A stretch of 64,000 nucleotides of DNA, taken from the NCBI GenBank assembly GCA_965215185.1, contig OZ244034.1:992001-1056000 (forward strand), read 5' to 3'. Positions 28,011 to 38,394 of this stretch are shown in pieces. Origin of the DNA: Acidimicrobiia bacterium (lineage in GTDB: Bacteria > Actinomycetota > Acidimicrobiia > Spongiisociales > ZC4RG35). The position numbers and the translations under genes were made by a program. The number at the start of each line of letters is the position of its first letter. Position 1 is the stretch's first letter. A model generated the notes under the pieces. That model did no database searches and was not told where the DNA came from. It saw only the letters and a program-made list of their open reading frames with translations.

Positions 28011-29002
28011 GCGACACTGTTCTCGACGTACGGGATCTACAGGTGAGACTCTCGTCGCCGCGCGGCGTGGTGCACGCCGTCCGAGGTGTGTCATTTGGCG
28101 TCGAAGCCGGACACACCCACGGCATCGTTGGTGAATCGGGCAGCGGAAAAACGACTCTGCTGCGCGCGATATTGGGGCTGTTGCCCAGCAATGCCGTGCC
28201 CAGCGGCGCCATCACTGTCTCCGGCCACCGCATCCCATTGGTTGGTGGCCGCACCAAGGCGGTCGACGGGGTCAGCATCGTATTCCAAGAGCCGATGACG
28301 GCGCTCAACCCGGTGGTCAGGGTGGGTTTGCAAATCGCCGAAGCTCCCCGTTTCAAGCTGGGCCTGGGACGCAAAGGCGCCCGGGAACGGGCCCTGGAAC
28401 TCATGCGCCAGGTTGGGATCCCCGATCCTGCTCGCCGGTTCGACGCCTATCCCCACGAACTGTCAGGGGGGTTGCGCCAGCGGGTACTGATCGCTATTGC
28501 GCTTTCGGCAAAGCCCAAGATCATTCTTTGCGATGAGCCCACCACCGCGCTGGATGTGACCGTCCAGGATCAGATTCTGAAGCTCTTTCGCCGAATCTCC
28601 GAAGGGACGGGGGTGGCGATTGTCTATGTAACGCACGACCTGGCGGTAGTGGCCCAGACCTGTCGAACGGTCTCGGTGATGTATGGCGGGCAATTCCTTG
28701 AGTCCGGAACCATCGATCAGGTATTCGGACACCCGCGTCATCCATACACCCTTGGTCTGCTCGGCGCGGTTCCCGATGTCAGCCGTGGCCGGACTCCACT
28801 CGTCGCCATACCTGGATCACCGCCCGATCTGGTAAGCCCCGGTGAAGGTTGTCCATTCCGACCGCGCTGCTCGTATGCCCAAGCGGAGTGCGCCGACGGG
28901 CTGTTTCCTCTGAAACGCCTGCACCGCAATCAGTCGACTGCCTGTATACGTCATGATGCGCTGTCTATTCATGCGCCTGTCCCGGAATCGGAAGCATCGT
29001 GA
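28007..29002 (+). CDS. ABC ATPase (DppD-like)
   Basis: [37 protein letters not shown]. Confidence 0.93.
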   Translation: MSDTVLDVRDLQVRLSSPRGVVHAVRGVSFGVEAGHTHGIVGESGSGKTTLLRAILGLLPSNAVPSGAITVSGHRIPLVGGRTKAVDGVSIVFQEPMTALNPVVRVGLQIAEAPRFKLGLGRKGARERALELMRQVGIPDPARRFDAYPHELSGGLRQRVLIAIALSAKPKIILCDEPTTALDVTVQDQILKLFRRISEGTGVAIVYVTHDLAVVAQTCRTVSVMYGGQFLESGTIDQVFGHPRHPYTLGLLGAVPDVSRGRTPLVAIPGSPPDLVSPGEGCPFRPRCSYAQAECADGLFPLKRLHRNQSTACIRHDALSIHAPVPESEAS

Positions 29003-30033
29003 CCGTCCAGCCGATACTCCAAGCGCGTGGCTTGGCCAAGATGTTTTATTCAAGACGCTCTCTGGGGAATGTCATTTTCCGCAGACCGGTGGAGAAGTTG
29101 AGGGCCTTGGAAGGTGTGAGTTTCCAAGTCGCCTCAGGGGAGAGCCTGGGTATCGTTGGTGAATCGGGATGTGGCAAATCCACGCTGGCCCGTTGCCTGG
29201 TTGGACTGTATGAACCGACGTCCGGACAGACGATCTACCAAGGGCGAACGCTTGAGGCGAAACGGTCCCTGTCTGACCGCCGGAAGATTCAGATCGTATT
29301 CCAGGATCCCTACTCCTCGCTCAACGCCCGGATGACAGTTGGACAAGCCCTCCGCGAGGTGCTCCGAGTGCACGGGGTTGTCCCGAAGGATCAGGTGGCC
29401 ACCCGGGCGGTGGAGTTGCTGGATTTGGTGGGTCTGGATTCGGATATCGCCAATGTTTACCCCCGCCAACTGTCGGGAGGTCAACGACAACGAGTGAGCA
29501 TCGCCCGCGCCCTGGCACTGGAGCCCGAGGTGCTGATTGCGGACGAGCCGGTATCGGCGTTGGACGTGTCAATCCAAGCCACCGTCCTCAACCTTTTGGC
29601 GTCGCTTCGAGAGCGCCTTGGCTTGACGCTGATCCTCATCGCCCATGACCTGAGTGTGGTGAGGTATCTATGTGACCGGGTGGCTGTCATCTACATGGGC
29701 CGGATTGTGGAGATTGCGCCCACCGAGGACCTTTTTGAAAACCCACGACATCCCTATACGCAGGCGCTGTTGGCAGCCGCGCCCAGCTTGGAGAGAAGAA
29801 CCCAAGACGATGCCCGGGCAATCGGTGGTGATCCTCCCAGTCCTTTTGACCTGCCGGAAGGGTGCCGGTTTCACCCCCGGTGTCCCCACGCCACCGATCA
29901 CTGCGCCACGGTCCATCCACCACTCGAGAAAGGACCGTTTGGCTCACTTCATCTGGCCGCCTGTCATTACGCATGGCAGGCGCCGGCGACTCACCACACC
30001 CCTTTGTCTCGAAGAGAGGAGAACATTCGATGA
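28999..30033 (+). CDS. ABC ATPase (DppF-like)
   Basis: [38 protein letters not shown]. Confidence 0.93.
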   Translation: MTVQPILQARGLAKMFYSRRSLGNVIFRRPVEKLRALEGVSFQVASGESLGIVGESGCGKSTLARCLVGLYEPTSGQTIYQGRTLEAKRSLSDRRKIQIVFQDPYSSLNARMTVGQALREVLRVHGVVPKDQVATRAVELLDLVGLDSDIANVYPRQLSGGQRQRVSIARALALEPEVLIADEPVSALDVSIQATVLNLLASLRERLGLTLILIAHDLSVVRYLCDRVAVIYMGRIVEIAPTEDLFENPRHPYTQALLAAAPSLERRTQDDARAIGGDPPSPFDLPEGCRFHPRCPHATDHCATVHPPLEKGPFGSLHLAACHYAWQAPATHHTPLSRREENIR

Positions 30034-31226
30034 GCGAAACGTTATTGCGAGGAAGGCAGGTGCTCACCGGAGGGGACGAACCGCCCATTCCCAACGGCGG
30101 CATTCGAGTCCGCGGATCGAAGATTGTGGCTGTCGGGCCGGCGGATGACATCCGGGACCCCGAAGACGAGGTATTCGATTTCGGTGAGGCAACTCTTCTC
30201 CCGGGGCTCATCGATTGCCATGAGCACCTTTCCGGGCACGATCGTTACGCGATCGGCGATCCGAGTGTGGTGGAGCCGGCCATGATGTACGCCCTGGTTG
30301 GCGCCTACCACGCCAGACGGCTTGTAAAGATCGGGGTCACCACCGCCCGGATCCCCGGAGCTCCGGGCCACATCGATTTGATGATCCGCCGCGGCATTCA
30401 AGAGGGTTACCTTCTCGGCCCGAAGATGGTATGTGCGGGGGAGCTCGTTGTCATGACCGGCGGACATGGCTCCATGTGGGGAGCGGAGGTGGACGGTCCA
30501 TGGGAAGCCCGGAAAGCCGCCCGGGCCCAGCTCAAGGCTGGAGCTGATTTCGTGAAGATTGTCGCCTCGGGCGGAGTAGGGATCACCCGGGTCGGGGAAC
30601 GTCCCTCGCAGCCGGAGTTGTCGGTGGTGGAGATGGCCGCAGCCGCGGACGCAGTGCATTCCGCCGACCGCCGGATCACCGCTCACGCCGACGGCGTTCC
30701 CGGAATCTCCAACGCCTTGGAGGCCGGAGTGGATTGCATCGAGCACGGCATCTACCTCAATGCGGATCACGCCAAGTTCATGGCGGACAACGGCGTTGCC
30801 CTGGTGCCCACCCTCTCCACCATGCAGGGCATCTATCACCATGGCCTGGAGTACGGGATGCCCGAGATCTGGATCCCCATTGCAGAAGCGATCCTTGAAC
30901 CTCACCTTGAATCTTTCCGGCACGCCCTCGATGCCGGGGTTCACTTCGCCACCGGCACCGATGGATTCGGCGACATCGTTGACGAAATGATTCTGTTTAC
31001 CACCTTCGGGCTAAGCAACTATCGAGCCCTTCAGTCGGCCACCCGTGATGCCGCCTTGGTCATCTCGCCACATCCGGACTTCGGGGTTCTTGAAGCAGGC
31101 ATGGCCGCGGACGTCATCGCCGTGGATGGTGATCCGATGGATGATCTGGAGGCTCTGCGGTCGGTCCGGTTTGTAATGATCGACGGAGAGGTGTTGCTCT
31201 CCGAGGGTTCAGTAAGAGAGGATTGA
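30030..31226 (+). CDS. Metal-dependent amidohydrolase (Xaa-Pro dipeptidase-like subtype)
   Basis: PGLIDCHEH, TGGHG, GADFVKIVASGG, AHADG, CIEHG, ATGTDG, ADVIAVDGDP. Confidence 0.9.
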   Translation: MSETLLRGRQVLTGGDEPPIPNGGIRVRGSKIVAVGPADDIRDPEDEVFDFGEATLLPGLIDCHEHLSGHDRYAIGDPSVVEPAMMYALVGAYHARRLVKIGVTTARIPGAPGHIDLMIRRGIQEGYLLGPKMVCAGELVVMTGGHGSMWGAEVDGPWEARKAARAQLKAGADFVKIVASGGVGITRVGERPSQPELSVVEMAAAADAVHSADRRITAHADGVPGISNALEAGVDCIEHGIYLNADHAKFMADNGVALVPTLSTMQGIYHHGLEYGMPEIWIPIAEAILEPHLESFRHALDAGVHFATGTDGFGDIVDEMILFTTFGLSNYRALQSATRDAALVISPHPDFGVLEAGMAADVIAVDGDPMDDLEALRSVRFVMIDGEVLLSEGSVRED

Positions 31227-31229
31227 ACA

Positions 31230-32240
31230 ATGGATGTTGGGTTTCCCGAGCTGTTTCGGGCCGCCATGGAATCGGTGCGGCGTTGTCAGGTTCGAGCGGA
31301 TGAGCGGGTAGTCGTCTACACCGATTCCGAAAAGAATCCGGCTGTGGTGGAGGCATGGTATACGGCCGCCTTGGCCACCGGCGCTGACGTGACCTTGATC
31401 CGGGCCACCGCCCGTTTTCCAGAGACCAATCCACCCGATGTTGCGCTCGATGCCATGAGATCGGCCGATATCGTGTTCGATCTGGCCTCCAACACGTGGC
31501 TTTATGCCCCTGGCCTGCCCCCCATCCTGGAGGCAGGCGCCCGGATCTTGCAAGTCCTGGTACCCGAGCGTTCTATCATCGACCGGCCTCCCACCGACGA
31601 CATCCTGTGGAGGGCCGACATCTCAGAACAGCTGACTGCCGGCGGGCAGGAGATTCACATCACCAGTTCCCTGGGGACCGATCTGCGGGGGAGACGGGGT
31701 GACCGACAATGGCATGCCCAGCGGGGCTACGTGTGGGAGTCAGGCCAGTGGGACAGCTACGGGGTATGCATGATCAACTGCGCCCCCGTCGAGGAGACCG
31801 TAGAAGGAGTGGTCTACTTTAATGGCCCGATGATCCTCTTTCCTCAATACTGTTACACGACCAAAACCCCGATCCGTATCGAGGTGGAAGCGGGACGGAT
31901 CGCCCACATTGACACCGACCATGACGAGGCGCAGGTTTTTGATCGCTGGATCCGTCAATTCGACGATCCCAACCTGTATCTGGTAGCCCATCTCGGCTTT
32001 GGCTTCGACCCAAGAGCTGATCTGGAGTCGTTCGACCTCGCCGCTTGGGAGAGTTATTACGGGGGCGTGTTGGTGGCGTTTGGGGCCAACACGGCCCCTC
32101 AACTGGGGGGAAGCAACGCCGCCCAAGGTCATATGGACGGCATTCTTCTGGAGGCCAACTTCACCCTGGACGGTGTCCCAATCATTCAAAACGGCGAGTT
32201 CGTGGAGTCGACCGGGCTACGCTCATCCGGAGGTCTTTAG
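31230..32240 (+). CDS. M29-peptidase-fold protein resembling 2,5-dihydroxypyridine 5,6-dioxygenase NicX
   Basis: Collinear with NicX as recalled: ILEAGARIL, GQWD, FDDPNLYLVAHLGFGFDPRA, GANT, GHMD (His...His-x-Asp Fe triad). Confidence 0.75.
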   Translation: MDVGFPELFRAAMESVRRCQVRADERVVVYTDSEKNPAVVEAWYTAALATGADVTLIRATARFPETNPPDVALDAMRSADIVFDLASNTWLYAPGLPPILEAGARILQVLVPERSIIDRPPTDDILWRADISEQLTAGGQEIHITSSLGTDLRGRRGDRQWHAQRGYVWESGQWDSYGVCMINCAPVEETVEGVVYFNGPMILFPQYCYTTKTPIRIEVEAGRIAHIDTDHDEAQVFDRWIRQFDDPNLYLVAHLGFGFDPRADLESFDLAAWESYYGGVLVAFGANTAPQLGGSNAAQGHMDGILLEANFTLDGVPIIQNGEFVESTGLRSSGGL

Positions 32241-32254
32241 CAGATGATCAGGAC

Positions 32255-33181
32255 ATGACTCAGAGGCAAGGGCGTTCTTCCCTTTACTACGAGGCAAGCC
32301 CCACAAACCGGCCGACTCTTTGGGTGGAGCCGGGTGAAGTGTTCGAGGTGGTCACCCAGATGGGTGGGGGTCCTGACCTCTCGGTGGTGCCTGATGACCT
32401 TCGGGACGAGTGGTCGAGATATCACTCATATGAGGTCGAGCGCGGCAACCCGTCTTCGGGTGCAATCTGGGTACGGGGCGCCAGGCCGGGGCTGGCGATA
32501 GAGGTAGTGATTGAGGCTATGGAACTGGCGCCCGTTGGTTACATCGCCTTCTGGGGGGACAATCCGCTATTTCCAAGGACACCCGTCACGACATCGCAAC
32601 TGACCGCGGCGCGGGTGGTTCGGATCCAAGACGAACGGGTGATATGGAAGGAAGGGTTGGCTATTCGAGCCCAACCCATGGTGGGCATGGTTGCTGTTGC
32701 TCCCGCCTATGAAGCGCAGTCGACTCTTCGGGTAGGGGAGTGGGGGGGAAACATGGATGTGCAGGAGGTTGGCCCGGGCGCCAGAGTGCGCCTGGCAGTC
32801 AATGTCCCGGGCGCTTTACTGCATCTTGGCGACGTTCATGCACTGCAGGGCGATGGCGAGATAGCAGGAACTGCCATCGAAACGGGGGCTCTGATACGTC
32901 TGCGGGTCGAACTCATGGAACGGCCAGCCGAGATGATCTGGCCCCGGATCGTAACACCGACTCGCATCTTGACGGTGGGTTCCGGTCGTCCTGCAGAAAC
33001 GGCTTTCCAGATTGCGGTGAGCGAGTTGATCAAGTGGCTTCATGCCGATTACCGGCTTCAACCCGAGGAAGCTGTTCTGCTTCTCGGTCAGGTTCTGGAA
33101 GCGCGCGCCACCCAGGTAGTTAACCCGACGATCACCTATGTCGCCGGCATCAAGGACGAAATACTGAGGAGACTCTTGTGA
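32255..33181 (+). CDS. Acetamidase/formamidase family protein
   Basis: VEPGE, NPSSGAIWVRGARPG, PMVGMVAVAP, GGNMD, GDVHALQGDGE, AIET. Confidence 0.88.
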   Translation: MTQRQGRSSLYYEASPTNRPTLWVEPGEVFEVVTQMGGGPDLSVVPDDLRDEWSRYHSYEVERGNPSSGAIWVRGARPGLAIEVVIEAMELAPVGYIAFWGDNPLFPRTPVTTSQLTAARVVRIQDERVIWKEGLAIRAQPMVGMVAVAPAYEAQSTLRVGEWGGNMDVQEVGPGARVRLAVNVPGALLHLGDVHALQGDGEIAGTAIETGALIRLRVELMERPAEMIWPRIVTPTRILTVGSGRPAETAFQIAVSELIKWLHADYRLQPEEAVLLLGQVLEARATQVVNPTITYVAGIKDEILRRLL

Positions 33182-33423
33182 AGAGACGCGTTCTCCCCTC
33201 GACTGGGGAGGTCTTTGCCGTGGGTACTCCCTTGACGTTAAGTCACGCCTATGGCAATCTGTTTGTAGCTATTCAGTGTCTACAGTGGATCGATGTCAAA
33301 CAGGGATGAATGCGCCCCGGGGATACCCACACATAGGGACTTCTCCCCGAACAGGACATGCCCATTCTCGGACGTGACCCGCTCATTCGCGGAGGTGTCG
33401 GGCCACCCGGGGGTCACCACCCT

Positions 33424-33906
33424 CTAGTCAGGGTTGTTGACTAGGTGGGTGGCGGCGTTGTCGAAGTGCTCAAACATGAGAGCCCGGATCTCAGCGGGCA
33501 GCGGTCGGCCGGTGCCGTCGGCGAGGATAGCTTCGTCGAGTGAGGCTGTCATGTTTGCCATCCATGCGTCGCGTTCGGCCCAACCGATGGTGAAGGGCTG
33601 GTGGCGCATCCCAAGACGCGGGTGGCCTCGCACCTCGCTGTAACGGGGCGGGCCGCCCCAGTACTGGGCCAAGAAGCCAGCCAGTCGCGTCTTGGAGGGC
33701 CGCAGGTCCCTCGGATACATGGGCCGCAGCAGCGGGTCGCCCTCCACGGCCTCGTAGAAACGATTGACAAGATCGTCGAAAAAGCTCTGGCCTCCCACCG
33801 CCTCGTACACAGTAGGAGGCGCCTTCATCGCCTCTCGCAAAGACCCGCGCAGGGTCACCCCCGCCGGGTGACTCTCTTCGCCATCCATACTGTCAGACTC
33901 ACTCAC
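33424..33906 (-). CDS. Group II truncated hemoglobin (GlbO-like)
   Basis: VYEAVGG, FY..DPLLRPMYP, FLAQYWGGP..YSEVRGHPRLGMRH, ERDAW; the true start may be later. Confidence 0.92.
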   Translation of the reverse strand: MSESDSMDGEESHPAGVTLRGSLREAMKAPPTVYEAVGGQSFFDDLVNRFYEAVEGDPLLRPMYPRDLRPSKTRLAGFLAQYWGGPPRYSEVRGHPRLGMRHQPFTIGWAERDAWMANMTASLDEAILADGTGRPLPAEIRALMFEHFDNAATHLVNNPD

Positions 33907-33957
33907 GACGCTCAGCCTATAAGACTGTTCCCTGTATTGATCACCTCTTAGGCATGT

Positions 33958-34200
33958 CCGGTGTCCTTCCCACAGAGGTGGGTTCCAGGTTCGGTGATAG
34001 GTGGTTGGTGTTGTAGTGAACTGTGGTGACTGTAGGTGCGGAGGAACCTGGTGAGGGTTCTGGAGGCGTTGTGGTTGGGTAGGGCGTTTGTGGGCGCATC
34101 CTTGGAGGAGGGTTTAGCGGAAGCATTCATTTTCCCGTTCGTTTGGGGCGGTGGGGTCTGATCAGTTTGTGGGTGGCGCCGATCTTTGTGCAGTCGTTCT
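33958..34200 (-). mobile_element. Degenerate 3' end of an IS481-family transposase
   Basis: Pieces in several frames: LIRPHRPKRTGK, AHKRP, FLRTYSHHSSLQHQPPI, HLCGKDT, resembling the IS481 C-terminus (RPYRPQTNGK...YNHHRPH...PPIS..NNLCG). Confidence 0.6.
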
Positions 34201-34391
34201 CACGGGGGCTTCCTTTGATCTCGACGGAATGTGTTATCCCCCGAATCGAACCCGGGAGGTCCTCAACAACCAAGCACCCTGTCAACCACATCTATGGAAA
34301 ATATACCTAAAAAAGGAACAGCCGCGGGGCTTCTCAATCAAGCATAATGTTATACTAATTGCGAAGAATTCGGACAGAGAAAGGAACTCAA

Positions 34392-35639
34392 ATGCGGATC
34401 AAGAGAGGACGACTTGTCCCCCGGATAGCGGTGCTGGCTACATTGGCGTTGATAATTGCTGCCTGCGGGGACGACGCAACTACCGCGCCTGTGGCAACCA
34501 CCGCTGCTACTACTGCAGCGCCGGTACAGACTACCACTACTACCGCTGCACCCGTAGAAACTACCGCCGCGCCGGTGGAGACCACGGTTGCAAGTGAAGA
34601 TCCCGGGGTTGCTGAGGCCAAGGCCATCGTGGAGGCTCTCACCGCCGCGCCTTCCTTTGAGTTCGGCGGCCCGCCCATCGAGGTGGGGGACCAATTGCAG
34701 GGCAAACGGATCTATGCGATTGGCAATGGGCTGGAGTTCTTTTTCGTGAAGAACTGGCTCGCTGGCGTCGAGGAAGCTGCCGGGGAACTCGGAATGGAAG
34801 TGACCGCCGTTGATGCTGGCGTAAACGACCCGGTCGGGCTGATTGATCAGGCCGTGGCCCAAGCCTACGACGTAATTCTCATCCAGAGCGTCGACTCCGG
34901 TACGGTGGCGGCGCCTCTCGCAGACGCCAGGGATGCTGGGATCCCGACCATTGAGCTCACGACATCGGATGGACACCTGCCTACTGCTGAGGAAGCCGCA
35001 CGCGGAGTGTTCGGATACGTGTCTTTTTGCTATTCGTGTGCGGGCGCACAAATGGCCGCCTTCATTGTTGCCGATAGCGAAGGAACCGGTACCGGTGTTA
35101 TCTACACAGTGCCAGGTCTGGTGGTGAGTGAAGCTATGGTGACGGCTTTTCAGGCAGAGATGAATCGGCTTTGCTCGGATTGTGGCACCGCTGTCGTAGA
35201 AGCGCCCTTCGCCCAGTGGGGTGACCTGCAGGGTCTCACCGGTACTGCGATCGAAACCTACCTCGACGACGGGCCACTCTATCTCGTTGCGGTGTTCGAC
35301 GCGATGGTCCCCATCGGAGTGGCGGCCACCATTGCAGAGAAAGGTGTTGAGGATCAGGTAAAGATCGTTACCTACAACGGCACCGATGCAGGACTGTCCG
35401 GCGTTGCAGACGGCACCGTCGCCGCCGACATAGGTGGACCTCAGTCGTGGCTGGGATGGGCAACCGTAGATCAGGTTGCCAGGGCCCTGTTGGGCGAGGA
35501 TCCAGCCGCTGATGAGATGCTCCCACATCGGATCTTCTCTGCTGACAACATTGGCGATGTCGACCTGGGTGGCCCCGAATCCGAGTGGTATGGCGGAACT
35601 GATTTCCGAGCTGCCTACCGGGCCCTCTGGGGTATGTAG
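34392..35639 (+). CDS. Sugar ABC transporter substrate-binding lipoprotein (RbsB-like fold)
   Basis: IAAC lipobox, Thr-rich linker, EEAAGELGMEV, DQAVAQAYDVILI, ARDAGIP. Confidence 0.87.
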   Translation: MRIKRGRLVPRIAVLATLALIIAACGDDATTAPVATTAATTAAPVQTTTTTAAPVETTAAPVETTVASEDPGVAEAKAIVEALTAAPSFEFGGPPIEVGDQLQGKRIYAIGNGLEFFFVKNWLAGVEEAAGELGMEVTAVDAGVNDPVGLIDQAVAQAYDVILIQSVDSGTVAAPLADARDAGIPTIELTTSDGHLPTAEEAARGVFGYVSFCYSCAGAQMAAFIVADSEGTGTGVIYTVPGLVVSEAMVTAFQAEMNRLCSDCGTAVVEAPFAQWGDLQGLTGTAIETYLDDGPLYLVAVFDAMVPIGVAATIAEKGVEDQVKIVTYNGTDAGLSGVADGTVAADIGGPQSWLGWATVDQVARALLGEDPAADEMLPHRIFSADNIGDVDLGGPESEWYGGTDFRAAYRALWGM

Positions 35640-35682
35640 TTTGGCTAAGGTAAAAAGCGTGGCCTGAGTCGATAGGAGGGTA

Positions 35683-37221
35683 ATGACAGACAGCCTGCCA
35701 CCGATCCTTGAGGCAAGGGGATTTGGCAAGACGTTCGGTGGCAGGACTGTCCTTCGGGATGCCGAAATGACCATCCATCCCGGCGAAATCCGAGGACTGG
35801 TGGGACAGAACGGTTCGGGAAAGTCCACATTCATCAAGATCCTCTCGGGTTATCATGGCCCCGATGACGGGGCCACCCTCGCAGTAAGGGGACGGCGCGT
35901 AGAGTTCCCCATTTCCCCCGACGAGCCAGCTCGACTGGGCATCAGCTTCGTTCACCAGGATCTGGGCCTCTTCGAGGCAGGGACGGTTCTTGAGAACCTC
36001 TTGGTCGGTCGTTACCAGACACGACCTGCATGGCGGATCTCCTGGCGGCACGAGACTCGCCGAACCCGTCAGTTGTTGGAGCCGTTTGGACTCGATGTCG
36101 ATCCTGCAACCCCGCTGACCAAGCTCACTGAAGTGGAGCGAGCCATCATTGCCATTGCCCGGGCGATGTCCGGGCTTGATTCAAACGGCGGACTATTGGT
36201 TCTCGACGAAGCGACGTCCCGGTTTCCCCGCGACACCGCCTACGCCTTTTTTGACGCGGTGCGGGATGTTGCCGCACGGGGTATGGGAGTGCTCTTCGTT
36301 AGCCATCGCTCCGAGGAGGTGCTGGCACTGACCGACACCATTACAGTGTTCCGTGATGGGGTTGTCGTTGCTGACCGTCCCACTACAGATTTTGACGAGC
36401 AAAACCTGGTCAAAGCCATCCTCGGGTTTTCCCTGGAGAATTTCTACCCCGAGCCCCATCACACGACTCAGGATTTGGTGTTAACGGTCACCGACCTCAC
36501 CGGTCCTATGGTCGACGGGTTCTCCGCTAGCGTCCACCACGGGGAGATCCTGGGTCTCACTGGCCTACTTGGTATGGGCCACGATCTAGTGCCACATCTC
36601 ATATTCGGGTCGATAGTTGCTACCGGCGGCGCCATCGAGATCGGCGGCGCGGTGTACTCGGCGGTCGGGATGACTCCCCGCCGTGCTATGGATGTTGGTT
36701 TGGCGCTGCTGCCCTCGAACCGGCTGCGGGAGGGCGGCGTGGCTGGAGCCTCCGTCGCCGAGAACGTGACACTGGCGATCCTTGACCGATTCCACGTAAG
36801 GGGTTTGTTACGGCGCCGGCGAGAAGAACAGACCGCAGAGCGTATGATGGCCGATTTCAAGGTGGAGCCCGTTGCTGCCGGGCTGCCCCTGGGCACCTTC
36901 AGTGGAGGGAACCAACAAAAGAGCCTTGTCGCCAAGTGGTTCGCTACCCAACCCCGCCTTTTGCTACTCGACGAACCCACCCACGGCGTGGACGTGGGCT
37001 CGAAGAAGCAGATCTTCAAACATCTCAGAGACAGCGCTGAGAGTGGCACGGGTATCGTTATTGCGTCAGTCGAAGCAGAGGATCTTGCCCAGGTCTGTGA
37101 TCGTGTCCTTGTCTTCCGCGACGGTCGGGTAGTGTCTGAGCTTACGGGTTCCAGACTTACTGCGGCAAGGATCCGGCAGCAGGCTCTGATCGGGAATGCC
37201 ACAGCCGCGACGACCTTGTGA
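35683..37221 (+). CDS. Sugar ABC ATPase, two-domain (RbsA/MglA-like)
   Basis: GQNGSGKST, LVLDEAT, VSHR, FSGGNQQK, LLDEPTHGVDVG. Confidence 0.93.
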   Translation: MTDSLPPILEARGFGKTFGGRTVLRDAEMTIHPGEIRGLVGQNGSGKSTFIKILSGYHGPDDGATLAVRGRRVEFPISPDEPARLGISFVHQDLGLFEAGTVLENLLVGRYQTRPAWRISWRHETRRTRQLLEPFGLDVDPATPLTKLTEVERAIIAIARAMSGLDSNGGLLVLDEATSRFPRDTAYAFFDAVRDVAARGMGVLFVSHRSEEVLALTDTITVFRDGVVVADRPTTDFDEQNLVKAILGFSLENFYPEPHHTTQDLVLTVTDLTGPMVDGFSASVHHGEILGLTGLLGMGHDLVPHLIFGSIVATGGAIEIGGAVYSAVGMTPRRAMDVGLALLPSNRLREGGVAGASVAENVTLAILDRFHVRGLLRRRREEQTAERMMADFKVEPVAAGLPLGTFSGGNQQKSLVAKWFATQPRLLLLDEPTHGVDVGSKKQIFKHLRDSAESGTGIVIASVEAEDLAQVCDRVLVFRDGRVVSELTGSRLTAARIRQQALIGNATAATTL

Positions 37222-37237
37222 CACAGGAAGGGTATTG

Positions 37238-38227
37238 ATGGCTGCTTTCCGGGAGACTCCGCCGAAAAACCATCTTGAGTCGCGTGTCCCGGTCTACTTG
37301 AACCGCTATGCGCTTCTAATGGCCTGGATATTGATCATCATCATCTTCGGCATTCTCCAACCTGAATTGTTTCTGCGTCCCCGTAACTTCCTAACCATTT
37401 TCAGCGAACGCTCGATCCTATTGATTCTTACTCTCGGAATGCTGCCGGGTCTGGCCGCCGGTGAGTATGACCTGTCTGCCGCTTCCACGATGGGATTGTC
37501 GTTTGTGGTCCTGGGCTGGCTCAATGTTATCCATGGATGGCCGGTGGCGCCCGCCATTGTCTTGGCTCTCCTTGCGGCTCTTGTCGTAGGAATTATCAAT
37601 GCTCTGGTGATCGTGGTGCTTGATGTTCCCTCGATTGTCGCCACCCTCGGCATGGCCACGTTGCTGGCGGGTACTGCTCTCGGTATCAACAACCTCATTG
37701 TCTCTGGCATTTCGCCGGGTCTTGTCAGTTTCGCCCGAACCAAGGTATTCGGCCTCCAGTTGGTGTTCTTTTACGCTCTGGCCCTTACCTTTGTCCTTTG
37801 GTACGTTTTTGCTTACACACCCTTGGGCCGGTATATCTATTTTGTCGGCGCTGGACGTGATGTGGCGCGTCTCACCGGGATCAGAGTGAACGCGATCCGA
37901 GCCGGAAGCTTGATCGCCGGTTCGGTGATCGCTGGATTGGCCGGTGTGCTCCTGGCAGGACGCAACGGATCGGTTGACCCCAACTTCGCCCCGGGTCTGC
38001 TGCTTCCCGCTTTCGCTGGCGCATTCTTGGGATCTACCACCGTCACGCCAGGCCGCTTCAATGCCTGGGGGACATTCATCGCTGTTTATTTCCTGGTAAC
38101 TGGTATCAATGGTTTGCAGTTGATGAAGATCACCGGGTGGGTGGAGCAAGTTTTCTTCGGGGCTGCCCTCGTCATCGGTGTTGTGTTCTCTCAACTCGCG
38201 GGTCGACGTAGGGTAATGGGGGCGTGA
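37238..38227 (+). CDS. Sugar ABC permease (RbsC-like)
   Basis: GEYDLS, PSIVATLG, TPLGRYIYFVG, ARLTGI, FLGST..G. Confidence 0.92.
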   Translation: MAAFRETPPKNHLESRVPVYLNRYALLMAWILIIIIFGILQPELFLRPRNFLTIFSERSILLILTLGMLPGLAAGEYDLSAASTMGLSFVVLGWLNVIHGWPVAPAIVLALLAALVVGIINALVIVVLDVPSIVATLGMATLLAGTALGINNLIVSGISPGLVSFARTKVFGLQLVFFYALALTFVLWYVFAYTPLGRYIYFVGAGRDVARLTGIRVNAIRAGSLIAGSVIAGLAGVLLAGRNGSVDPNFAPGLLLPAFAGAFLGSTTVTPGRFNAWGTFIAVYFLVTGINGLQLMKITGWVEQVFFGAALVIGVVFSQLAGRRRVMGA

Positions 38228-38394
38228 TGGGTGGGGTTTCGGTGCCCGAACAGACGAATCGGACGCCGGGATCGGCCGAGTCCGACAACATCCCGTGGCG
38301 CGGGACCCGCGGTTAAGACACGGCGGCGCTCTTCTTTACGGCGAAGTTGGCATGGTGTTGACTAGCTCAAAGCGGGCGCCCTCGTCGGTCTGCA

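Noticed and set aside
33424-33906. Truncated hemoglobin as O2 donor for the NicX-like enzyme
   Set aside because: It is convergent, separated by about 240 bp and a common housekeeping gene; adjacency alone is not evidence.
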